50,150 bases of DNA from positions 1-50,150 of the forward strand of contig CAVDAL010000108.1 of assembly GCA_963606965.1 (NCBI GenBank). Reading direction: 5' to 3'. Positions 22,642-31,293 of the stretch are shown here, piece after piece; the first letter of the stretch is position 1, and each line of letters begins with the position of its first letter. Source of the stretch: Acutalibacteraceae bacterium. GTDB taxonomy: Bacteria > Actinomycetota > Coriobacteriia > Coriobacteriales > QAMH01. The translations under genes and the position numbers were made by a program. The notes under the pieces were generated by a model. It saw only the letters and a list, made by a program, of their open reading frames with translations, did not search any database and was not told the DNA's origin.

Positions 22642-24489
22642 TTATCCTTCGATTGGCTCGACATAGAATAAAACAGTGCCAAATTCAACTGGTTGTGCAT
22701 CTTCAACGCAAACTTCACGCACGATGCAAACTTCTTCTGCTGGAAGTTCATTCATAAGCTTCATTGCTTCAACAATGCATAATGTGTCACCAGCGCCAAC
22801 TTTGTCGCCAACTTTAACAAATGGGTCTGCACCAGGAGAAGGTGCTTGATAGAATGTGCCAACCATCTTTGATGAAACAGGCTTCCATGTGTCTGGACGG
22901 TCTTTATCATCTGCAACTTTTGCAGCAGCAGGAGCAGCAGCTTCAGCAGGTTGCGCGGCAGCAACAGCGCCAACAACAGGTGCAACTGAACTGCGAACAG
23001 TAACCTTTGTTCCAGCTTCTTCAACTGTGATTTCTCCAACGCCTGTTTCTTCAAGCATTTTTACAAGTTCACGGATTTGTCCTACGTCCACAGTATCCTC
23101 CTCTTTGGTCATAGTGACAGCTTCATTCATTGGGAAGTGAGTCGACTTTTCTTGACGGTGCTTTTCAAGATATGCACGAGCTTCATTTGGAAACAGCGCA
23201 TACATAAGCACGTCTTCTTCACTTTCAGCAAGGTCTCCAATTTCTTCAGCAACTTCATCAAATGTAGTTGTGACCAAAGAACCTGGAGCAACGTCTGCAG
23301 GCAGCGGCTCAGTTTTGCCAAGAACAGATTTCATAACATCTTGATCAATTGGGCCTGGAGCCTTGCCATAATAGCCAGCAATATAGTCTTTCATTTCTTT
23401 AGAAACAACAGACCAGCGCTTGCCTGTCAAAACATTAAATACAGCTTGTGTACCAACAATTTGGCTCATTGGTGTAACAAGTGGCGGGAAGCCAACTTCT
23501 GCACGAACTCGAGGAATTTCTTCCAAAACTTCTTGCAGTCTGTTTGAAGCTTTTTGAATTTCAAGCTGGCTGACCAAGTTTGACATCATGCCGCCAGGAA
23601 CTTGATGGCTATAAACCTTCATATGGGTCAAAGTTGAAATGCCGCGCTTATATTTGCCCTTTTTGCGAATGCCTTCCCAATATTCAGCAATTTCGAACAA
23701 AAGATCAAGGTCAAGACCTGTGTCATAGCTTGATTCTTTAAGAGCAGCTACAATCATTTCAACAGCAGGCTGTGAATTGCCAAAGGCTAATGGAGCGCTT
23801 GCTGTATCAACAATTGATGCGCCAGCTTCAGCAGCTTTGAGGTAGTTTGCTGGAGCCATGCCACCAACATAATGGCAGTGCACGTGAACAGGCAAACCAA
23901 TTTCTTTATCAAGAGCTGCAACAAGGCGCTCTGTGCGATATGGCGTAAGCATGCCCGCCATGTCTTTAATGCAAATCGAATCTGCGCCAAGATCCTTAAG
24001 TTCTTGAGCATATTCAAGATATGAATCCAATGTGTGAACAGGGCTCATTGTATAACTGATTGCGCCTTCAAAGTGGCCGCCGTGTTCATTCAAAGCATCT
24101 GCTGTATCTTTAACATTCCTAATGTCGTTTAAGGCATCAAAAACGCGGAACATATCAATGCCATTTTCATGTGATGCTTTGATAAAGCGATTAACAATTT
24201 CTTTTGAATAATGACGATATCCTACTAAATTCTGACCACGCGTGAGCATCGCAAGCGGAGTGTTAGGGCAGTTTTGCTTAATAACGCGCAGACGATCCCA
24301 TGGGTTTTCATCCAGAAAACGAAGGCAAGTGTCGAATGTCGCGCCACCCCAAACTTCAAGCGCCCAAAAGCCCACTTTATCCATTTTGGGCAGAATGGGG
24401 AGCATATCGCCTAACTCCATACGTGTGGCCCATAGTGATTGATGAGCATCTCGCAGAGTTGTGTCCATGATGTTTAATTTTGTCACCAT
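22642..24489 (-). CDS. Carboxyltransferase (5S/OadA/PycB type) fused to a C-terminal biotinyl carrier domain; likely pyruvate carboxylase subunit B
   Basis: 615 aa. HMGL-like TIM barrel 'DTTLRDAHQS', a PYC_OADA-type middle region, an Ala/Pro linker, and the biotin attachment motif 'EAMKLMNE'. Confidence 0.85.
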   Translation of the reverse strand: MVTKLNIMDTTLRDAHQSLWATRMELGDMLPILPKMDKVGFWALEVWGGATFDTCLRFLDENPWDRLRVIKQNCPNTPLAMLTRGQNLVGYRHYSKEIVNRFIKASHENGIDMFRVFDALNDIRNVKDTADALNEHGGHFEGAISYTMSPVHTLDSYLEYAQELKDLGADSICIKDMAGMLTPYRTERLVAALDKEIGLPVHVHCHYVGGMAPANYLKAAEAGASIVDTASAPLAFGNSQPAVEMIVAALKESSYDTGLDLDLLFEIAEYWEGIRKKGKYKRGISTLTHMKVYSHQVPGGMMSNLVSQLEIQKASNRLQEVLEEIPRVRAEVGFPPLVTPMSQIVGTQAVFNVLTGKRWSVVSKEMKDYIAGYYGKAPGPIDQDVMKSVLGKTEPLPADVAPGSLVTTTFDEVAEEIGDLAESEEDVLMYALFPNEARAYLEKHRQEKSTHFPMNEAVTMTKEEDTVDVGQIRELVKMLEETGVGEITVEEAGTKVTVRSSVAPVVGAVAAAQPAEAAAPAAAKVADDKDRPDTWKPVSSKMVGTFYQAPSPGADPFVKVGDKVGAGDTLCIVEAMKLMNELPAEEVCIVREVCVEDAQPVEFGTVLFYVEPIEG

Positions 24490-24576
24490 AAACTTCTCCC
24501 CTTTCTTTCTTTGTGAAGGAACCGCACCAAAGATTAGGTGCTGCTTGAAAAATTATTAGATTGCAATTATAAATGA

Positions 24577-24610
24577 AAGCTAGCTATTCCATGCATGAAA
24601 TAGCTAGCTT
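24577..24610 (-). terminator. Hairpin / possible terminator downstream of the GH25 gene
   Basis: Perfect 12-bp inverted repeat AAGCTAGCTATT (24577-88) / AATAGCTAGCTT (24599-610) with a 10-nt loop. On the minus strand only a moderately T-rich tract follows (TCATTTATAATT). Confidence 0.45.
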
Positions 24611-24646
24611 ATCTTGTTTACGGCTATTGCTTGGCTTTTACTTTGC

Positions 24647-25933
24647 TTATCGCTTAAGGTACCAGCCCATATTTCGAGATTTTGGCCCTGTTTTGCGAAT
24701 GATGCTTAAATCTATACCGCCAGATGTTGAAACACCAGCCACACTGCCCTGGCTTGTATATTGCCACATGTCATAATTATAGTCAGGTGAATACTCCGTC
24801 GGGATATTTCCATCATTTTTGCCATATGTTGGAATCCAAATAAAGCTAGCTTGTTGAACCGCCTCTGAATCTATAAAACCAAAAGATTTATAAAGATGAT
24901 TTGCAATATATAAGCCAACTTTCAAGTTCGGATTATGAGTGCGCAGCTGTTCAATTGCTGCCAAAGTATATTCTGCTGTCTTTTTTCCAGCCTTTGTCTT
25001 CATATAGCTTGCTTCAATATCTAAAGCCAAAAATATTGGATTGTGTCCATTTGAATATGACGATTCATAGAATGCGTCTGCCTGCTCGCGGGCGTCTTCC
25101 TCGCTAACATAATTCATATATCCATATGCACCATATGGGATTTTTGCTTTTTCGCATCCTGTCGCAAATGAATCATATTTATCATCGCATTTGCGCTTTG
25201 AATGATCCGAATATTCAACCCATGAACGCAAGATTGCTAAATCAACTTTGCGGCTTAGCTTTGTATAATTTGTGACAGTATTCCATTCACTTAAGTCAAT
25301 TACTTTACCGCCATCTGCTGTAATTTTATATGTTTTGGTGATACTAAATCCGTACTTGCCTTTGCCTTTTGCTTTGACTGTAGCAGTCCCAACTTTTTTG
25401 CAATTGCTATATGTAAGCGTGTAATCTTTATTTAAAGTTAACAACTTCTTTTTATATTTAACTTTTACATATGGCTTGCGGTTTTTCCCTGTATAAGGCA
25501 TCTTTTTTCTGGAAAGTGCTATTGAGCCTTTCTTCTTTAAAGAATATCTAATTTTAAAATTTATGATACGCGTACCCTTATAATATTTGCCCTTGCCGCA
25601 AATTGTAATTGTAGCTTTTCCAACCTTTTTATTATTGGAATAAGAGATAGTATAATTTTTGTTCTTCTGTAACTTTTTGCCTTTATATGTAAGAACAACT
25701 TTTGGCCTAATTCTTTTGCCATTATATGCTTGCTTACTAACTTTTGTAACTTTTATCTTTTTCGAATTGATATTTACTTTTGCATGAGCAGCTGTTAAAA
25801 CAGATGCATCCGCATTCCCAAAACATGATTCACACATGCTTTGAGCTGCATTAATGCAGACAAAAGCAAGCATACAAAGCAAGACGCTTGCAATAAAAAG
25901 GCTTAATATTTTTGTGCATTTGCTATTAATCAT
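24647..25933 (-). CDS. Secreted GH25-family muramidase (lysozyme) with two Lys-rich tandem repeat modules
   Basis: 428 aa. N-terminal signal/TM 'ILSLFIASVLLCMLAFVCI', two ~60-aa repeats (see findings), and a C-terminal GH25-like domain: 'VIDLSEWNTV', 'IPYGAYGYM', 'FLALDIE', 'MWQYTSQGSVAGVSTSGGIDLSI'. Confidence 0.8.
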   Translation of the reverse strand: MINSKCTKILSLFIASVLLCMLAFVCINAAQSMCESCFGNADASVLTAAHAKVNINSKKIKVTKVSKQAYNGKRIRPKVVLTYKGKKLQKNKNYTISYSNNKKVGKATITICGKGKYYKGTRIINFKIRYSLKKKGSIALSRKKMPYTGKNRKPYVKVKYKKKLLTLNKDYTLTYSNCKKVGTATVKAKGKGKYGFSITKTYKITADGGKVIDLSEWNTVTNYTKLSRKVDLAILRSWVEYSDHSKRKCDDKYDSFATGCEKAKIPYGAYGYMNYVSEEDAREQADAFYESSYSNGHNPIFLALDIEASYMKTKAGKKTAEYTLAAIEQLRTHNPNLKVGLYIANHLYKSFGFIDSEAVQQASFIWIPTYGKNDGNIPTEYSPDYNYDMWQYTSQGSVAGVSTSGGIDLSIIRKTGPKSRNMGWYLKR

Positions 25934-26421
25934 TTGCTAAACTTGTCTTTCAAAGCTTTTTCAACACATGGTGAAACAATAGAACTAACATCTCCGCCAA
26001 ATGAAGCAATCTCTTTTACAACTGAAGATGAAACATACATATTTTCTGTTGAAGACATAACAAATAATGTTTCAAGCTCAGGCTCAAGCTGGGAATTTAA
26101 AGCTGCCATTTGAAATTCCATTTCAAAGTCTGTTGTCACGCGCAAGCCTTTAACAATTGCAACAGCTCCAATTTCTTTTGCAAAATCCACAAGCAAATTA
26201 TTGAATGAAACAACGCTGACATTTGGAAGATGAGCAGTTGTTTGCTTTGCCAAGTCGACGCGTTCTTCAATGGTGAAAAGTGGCCCGCCACCTTTATTTC
26301 TTGATGCTGCAACACCAACAACAACTTCATCAAAAAGTGTTGAAGAACGCTCGATTACATCTAAATGTCCTGCTGTAATTGGGTCAAATGTCCCCGGAAT
26401 TAAAACTTTGCGCTTTGTCAT
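25930..26421 (-). CDS. coaD: Phosphopantetheine adenylyltransferase
   Basis: 163 aa from ATG 26421. The ORF-track start at 26562 would overlap rsmD by 125 nt. 'VLIPGTFDPITAGHLD' is the nucleotidyltransferase T/HxGH motif. Confidence 0.93.
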   Translation of the reverse strand: MTKRKVLIPGTFDPITAGHLDVIERSSTLFDEVVVGVAASRNKGGGPLFTIEERVDLAKQTTAHLPNVSVVSFNNLLVDFAKEIGAVAIVKGLRVTTDFEMEFQMAALNSQLEPELETLFVMSSTENMYVSSSVVKEIASFGGDVSSIVSPCVEKALKDKFSK

Positions 26422-26437
26422 AAAAGATACACCAACT

Positions 26438-27025
26438 CTATTCATTGACAATAAAATAACTAATTGTTGTTGAACCAAAACTCCTGCAGCCATCTTCTTC
26501 AAGAAATGCATATTCAGCAAAACAAGAATCGACTTCTGCAGATGATTCACTTGCATGTTCATACATTATCACAGCATTTTGAGCTATGAGTGATTGCGAA
26601 TATAAGTCATTCAGAAGAGTGGCAATTTGCGATGGAAGATATGCATATGGCGGGTCAAGCAAGATAAGATTGAATGCGTCTTGCGCAATACTCCCCCTGC
26701 TTGCAGCTTGAAAAATATCTTGAGTGAAAAGTTTTGCACGCTGGTTACAAAGTCCAAGACTTTTTATATTTGATTTTAAAACTTTTGCAGCACGTACGTC
26801 TTTTTCAAAGAAGCAGCAACTTTGTGCGCCGCGCGACAAAGCTTCTAAACCAAGAGCGCCACTTCCGCCAAAAGCATCCAAGACGTTCACGCTCTCAAAG
26901 CTGCCAAGCCTTGAAATTAAAGCAGAAAAAATTGATTCACGCACTCTATCTGTTGTTGGACGCGTCTTCATATTTGTTGGCGGCGTCAACTTTCGTCCGC
27001 CAAATTCGCCTGCAATAATCCTCAT
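26438..27025 (-). CDS. rsmD: 16S rRNA (guanine966-N2)-methyltransferase RsmD
   Basis: 195 aa. 'RPTTDRVRESIFS', SAM motif 'LDAFGGSGALGLEALSRGA', and 'ILLDPPY'. Confidence 0.9.
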   Translation of the reverse strand: MRIIAGEFGGRKLTPPTNMKTRPTTDRVRESIFSALISRLGSFESVNVLDAFGGSGALGLEALSRGAQSCCFFEKDVRAAKVLKSNIKSLGLCNQRAKLFTQDIFQAASRGSIAQDAFNLILLDPPYAYLPSQIATLLNDLYSQSLIAQNAVIMYEHASESSAEVDSCFAEYAFLEEDGCRSFGSTTISYFIVNE

Positions 27026-27041
27026 CTATTCCCCACTCATA

Positions 27042-29189
27042 TTATGCTGCGCCATCAACATCTTCATCAAGACGCTGTTCAAGACGTTCCAATTCATTAC
27101 GCAAAGCTGCAAATTCAGGTGAATTAAGTTCCATATCTTTGTCGAGCATTTTCTTTGCGTCCTCATGTGCTGTCTGGATAAGCTTTGCGTCTGATATAAC
27201 ATCTGTTAATTTTAAAATCGACTGGCCATGTTGTTTATATCCCAAAACATTGCCTTCATGACGAATGCGCAAATCTGCTTGTGCAAGCTCAAAACCATCT
27301 GAGCAGTTAACAAAAGTCTGCAATCGTTCTTGCAGCTGTGTATCATCTTTTGCAGGATCTGCAACAATAAAGACTTTTCCTGCCTTAGTTCCGCGCCCAA
27401 CACGCCCTCTTAGCTGATGCAATTGTGACAAGCCAAAGCGTTCAGCATCTTCAATCATCATCATTGTTGCATTTGGAACATCGACACCAACTTCAACAAC
27501 AGTTGTAGCAACCAAGACATCAATTTTGCCGCTTCTAAAATCTTCCATAACTTCTTGCTTTTTTGCAGAAGCCATCTTGCCTGTAATCAAGCCAACATTT
27601 GCGCTGGTAAACACCTTGTCTGCTAAAAATTCAGCCTCTTGCTGCGCCGCCTTCAAATTGGAATAATCCTGTCCTTTACTATAATCCAAAAATGGATCAT
27701 TATCTTCTTTAGTTTCTTCACGCTGCTGACGCGTCAAACCAACAAGAGGGCAAATTATATATGCCTGTTCGCCCTTGGCGATTGCTTTCCGAATTTCATC
27801 ATATGCAACAAAGCGTTCATCGCGTGAAATATGTACTGTTGTTGTTTGCGCGCGCCCTGCTGGCGGCTTATGAATGAAGCTTGTTTCTAAATCGCCATAT
27901 AAAGTTAAAGCTAATGTGCGCGGGATTGGTGTCGCCGTCATCACAAGCAAGTCTGACCCAGGACCTTTCTTGCGCAAAATCGAACGCTGATTAACTCCAA
28001 AGCGGTGCTGTTCATCGATAATGCAAAGCGACAAATCTTTGAAGATAACATCATCTTCCAATAAAGCATGAGTGCCGAACAAAACGTCCAATTCACCGCT
28101 ATCAAGCTTCTTGCAAATTTCTTTGCGCTGTGCTGCTTTTGTTGAGCCTGTAAGTATTGCCCATGAAATACCACATTCATCCAAAAGTCCGCCCAAGCTA
28201 TTCCCATATTGACGAGCTAAAACTTCCGTCGGAGCCATGACAGCTGCTTGCTTGCCGCTATCTGCACACATAGCTAATGCGAATGCAGAAACTATAGTCT
28301 TGCCTGTACCAACATCGCCCAAAAGCATTCTATTCATAATGATATTTTTTTGCATATCATTTGTTATATCTTCAACAGCTGCAGTTTGTTCTGCGCTCAA
28401 TTCAAATGGCAAAGCACCCTGCAAAGCAGCAAACTTACTGCCTTTAATATGACAAATAGCATGCTGATTATTAAGCTCTGAATTGCGGCGACGCAACATC
28501 AAAACTTGCAACAAAAATACTTCTTCATAAGCAAGACGGCGACGAGCCTTCTTTTGCTCTTCCCACGAATGAGGAAAATGCAAAGCACGCAAAGCAGCTT
28601 TTTTATTCATCAAAGCATATTTATTCCGCAGTATGGCAGGCAAAAAGTCATGCATATCTGCACTTTGTTCCAAAGCTGTTGAAAGATATCTGCGCATCCA
28701 AGCATTTGTTAAGCCTTTTGTGCAATGATAAACAGGAATAAGGCGCGGAGTTGCAGCATCGCCAGAATTCAAAATTTCAAGATATGGTGAAACTATCCTT
28801 TTGAATCCATAGTCATAAGTCACCTTGCCCGATAAAGCAACGCGCATCCCCTCTTCCAGCTTATTAAGCATCCATGGCTGTCTAAACCAAATGCCTAAAA
28901 TCACTCCGCTATCATCAACGACAGCAATTTCAATAATATCGAGTTTTGGTTTTGGAATAGTATGTTTTATCCGCTGTATTGTGCCTGTGACGCTAACCAT
29001 TTCACCAATTTGAGCTTGCGCACAACTAACAGCATTGCTTAAATCTACATAGCGGAATGGATAAGATTCAAGCAGGTCACGGACTGTATAAATAGAAAGC
29101 TCCGCGAGCAGCTTTGCCCGCGAAGCATTAATAAGCCTAAGCTCGGTGACTGGCTTGTCTAAAATTGCGTCTGCAGCAAGTCGTGTCAC
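27042..29189 (-). CDS. recG: ATP-dependent DNA helicase RecG
   Basis: 715 aa. Wedge/OB N-terminus, 'GDVGTGKT', 'DEQHRFG', and 'LHQLRGRVGRG'. Confidence 0.95.
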   Translation of the reverse strand: MTRLAADAILDKPVTELRLINASRAKLLAELSIYTVRDLLESYPFRYVDLSNAVSCAQAQIGEMVSVTGTIQRIKHTIPKPKLDIIEIAVVDDSGVILGIWFRQPWMLNKLEEGMRVALSGKVTYDYGFKRIVSPYLEILNSGDAATPRLIPVYHCTKGLTNAWMRRYLSTALEQSADMHDFLPAILRNKYALMNKKAALRALHFPHSWEEQKKARRRLAYEEVFLLQVLMLRRRNSELNNQHAICHIKGSKFAALQGALPFELSAEQTAAVEDITNDMQKNIIMNRMLLGDVGTGKTIVSAFALAMCADSGKQAAVMAPTEVLARQYGNSLGGLLDECGISWAILTGSTKAAQRKEICKKLDSGELDVLFGTHALLEDDVIFKDLSLCIIDEQHRFGVNQRSILRKKGPGSDLLVMTATPIPRTLALTLYGDLETSFIHKPPAGRAQTTTVHISRDERFVAYDEIRKAIAKGEQAYIICPLVGLTRQQREETKEDNDPFLDYSKGQDYSNLKAAQQEAEFLADKVFTSANVGLITGKMASAKKQEVMEDFRSGKIDVLVATTVVEVGVDVPNATMMMIEDAERFGLSQLHQLRGRVGRGTKAGKVFIVADPAKDDTQLQERLQTFVNCSDGFELAQADLRIRHEGNVLGYKQHGQSILKLTDVISDAKLIQTAHEDAKKMLDKDMELNSPEFAALRNELERLEQRLDEDVDGAA

Positions 29190-29195
29190 AAGATC

Positions 29196-30812
29196 TTATT
29201 CCACAGAAAATATAACAGGATAAAGAGGTTGTTCACCACGATGAGCTTCAACTTCTAAATCTGGGAAGGTATCTTCAATTTTTTCAACCAAAGCTTCAAC
29301 AGCTTCATCAGAATAATCTTCGCCAGCTAAAAGCGTCATGATTTCCATATCTTGTGCAAGCTCATCAAGCAAGCCTAATGTTACTTCTTCAACAGAAGAA
29401 CCAACAACATCAAGCGAACCATTTGCAATTCCAATAAAGTCATCTGGAGCAATTGCTTCGCCCTTGCTTGTTTTTGCATCTTTGATAGCAACTGTGACTT
29501 CACCACAAGAAACTTGTGAAATCGCATCTGTCATAGCTTCAATATTTTCTTCAAAACTTGCATCAGGCATATAGCACATCATCGCAGAAAATGCAGCACA
29601 AACGCTCTTTGTTGGAATAACAGCAGCTGGAATATCGCAACAATCTGCTGCAGCATTTGCTGCCATGATAATATTTTTATTGTTTGGCAAAATGATTACA
29701 GATTCAGCATTCGCATCTTCAATTGCCGTTAGCAAATCCTTCGTTGAAGGATTCATTGTTTGCCCGCCACTAACAACATTATCAACACACATTGACTTCA
29801 AAATTTCAGCAGTGCCACTGCCAGCAGCAACAGCAATAACAGCAAGCTTCTTTGGCTCTGCCTTCTTTGAGTCAGCAGCAATGCCTTCTGCACGTTCTTG
29901 AGATTCAATAACCATATTGTGAATGAAAACTTCTGCGACTTGGCCGCGTTCAGTCATATATGTCAAGACTGTGCCTGGAGTGTCTGTATGAACATGAACT
30001 TTGAAGTCTGGATGAGCCCCTACTAAAAGTTCACAGTCGCCAATTGATGCAAGAAATTCAAGAGCAGCTTCTGTATCAATTTCTTCACTCTTTAACAAAA
30101 ATTCTGTGCAATACATATATTTTGAACCAGCCCAGTCATTGACTTGTTCAATTGCAACCAAAGGCTCAGGTCTTGAAAATTCTGAAGCGTGGACAAGTTC
30201 ACTTTTGTCGCCCGTAACAGCTGCAACAAATGCTTGAATAAGAATTGTTAAGCCAAAGCCGCCAGAATCAACAACGCCATTTTCCTTTAAAACTGGCAAA
30301 AATTCTGGAGTGCGCTTTACAGAAGCCAAAGCTTCATCTGAAATGGCATGCAAAGTTTCAATTGCATTTTTGCCATCTTGAGCACAAAGACTTGCGACAT
30401 TTGCAACATCTTCCAAAACAGTAAGGATTGTGCCTTTAACAGGCTTGCGCACTGCTTGAAATGCAACATCAACAGCGCGTTGAAAACCTAAAGCAATTGT
30501 GATTGCGTCAAAGTCTTTTGCGTCTGCTAAAGCTTCACACATTCCGCGAAGAATCTGGCTTGTAATTACGCCAGAATTGCCTCTTGCACCCATCAATGAA
30601 CCATGAGTGATAGCTTTGCACAAAGCTGCTTTATCTGCTCCTGGTTCAAGCGCCTTAATTTCATTGACAACAGATTGCATAGTCAAAGACATATTTGTGC
30701 CAGTGTCGCCATCTGGAACAGGAAAGACATTCAGCTTGTTAACTTCTTCTTTGCGTTCTTCTAATGCTGCTGCAGCAGCAATTACACATGATCGGACAAT
30801 GTCAGTATTCAT
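29196..30812 (-). CDS. DAK2 domain fusion protein YloV
   Basis: 538 aa. Dak2 'PDGDTGTNMSLTM' N-terminal domain plus a DegV-like C-terminal half. Conserved asp23-yloV-recG order. Confidence 0.9.
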   Translation of the reverse strand: MNTDIVRSCVIAAAAALEERKEEVNKLNVFPVPDGDTGTNMSLTMQSVVNEIKALEPGADKAALCKAITHGSLMGARGNSGVITSQILRGMCEALADAKDFDAITIALGFQRAVDVAFQAVRKPVKGTILTVLEDVANVASLCAQDGKNAIETLHAISDEALASVKRTPEFLPVLKENGVVDSGGFGLTILIQAFVAAVTGDKSELVHASEFSRPEPLVAIEQVNDWAGSKYMYCTEFLLKSEEIDTEAALEFLASIGDCELLVGAHPDFKVHVHTDTPGTVLTYMTERGQVAEVFIHNMVIESQERAEGIAADSKKAEPKKLAVIAVAAGSGTAEILKSMCVDNVVSGGQTMNPSTKDLLTAIEDANAESVIILPNNKNIIMAANAAADCCDIPAAVIPTKSVCAAFSAMMCYMPDASFEENIEAMTDAISQVSCGEVTVAIKDAKTSKGEAIAPDDFIGIANGSLDVVGSSVEEVTLGLLDELAQDMEIMTLLAGEDYSDEAVEALVEKIEDTFPDLEVEAHRGEQPLYPVIFSVE

Positions 30813-30829
30813 GAAAGTACTTGCTCCTC

Positions 30830-31180
30830 TTAATCGCGAACCTTCACGCCTTGCACGTGAACATTCACAGACTCGACATTCATCTGGGCGTAAGTAGTCA
30901 AAACGTATTCAACTTTTTCTGAAAGCATTCTTGAAACTTCTGCAATATTGACGCCGTGTTCAGTAATGACATAAAGATCAACATTAACAACATTTTCTTC
31001 ATTCAAATTAACAACAACGCCTTTGCGCATGCGGTTTGCAGGCAAAAGTTTTGCAATACCGTCGCTGATAGTTGGCGATGTCATACCAACAATGCCATAG
31101 CTTTCAAGCGCAGCATAACCTGCCAAGTCAGCCAAAACGCCTTCAGCAACAGTAAGAGTACCTGTGATTGTATTAGCCAT
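30830..31180 (-). CDS. Asp23/Gls24 family protein (YloU-like)
   Basis: 116 aa. 'VAEGVLADLAGYAALESYGIVGM'. Lies immediately upstream of yloV, as in Bacillus yloU. Confidence 0.88.
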   Translation of the reverse strand: MANTITGTLTVAEGVLADLAGYAALESYGIVGMTSPTISDGIAKLLPANRMRKGVVVNLNEENVVNVDLYVITEHGVNIAEVSRMLSEKVEYVLTTYAQMNVESVNVHVQGVKVRD

Positions 31181-31293
31181 TTATATACTCCTAATCGTGC
31201 AAATTTCAGAACTTGCATTTTACCATTATTATCGCTATATGCATGAGCTAAGGCTGATATCTATGCGTCTTATATCCGTATAAGGTATAAAGC

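Noticed and set aside
24573-24776. A 67-aa + strand ORF spanning the GH25 3' end and the downstream hairpin.
   Set aside because: It overlaps the conserved C-terminus of the GH25 gene in antisense and the inverted repeat, and it has no RBS. The hairpin is better explained as a transcript-end structure.
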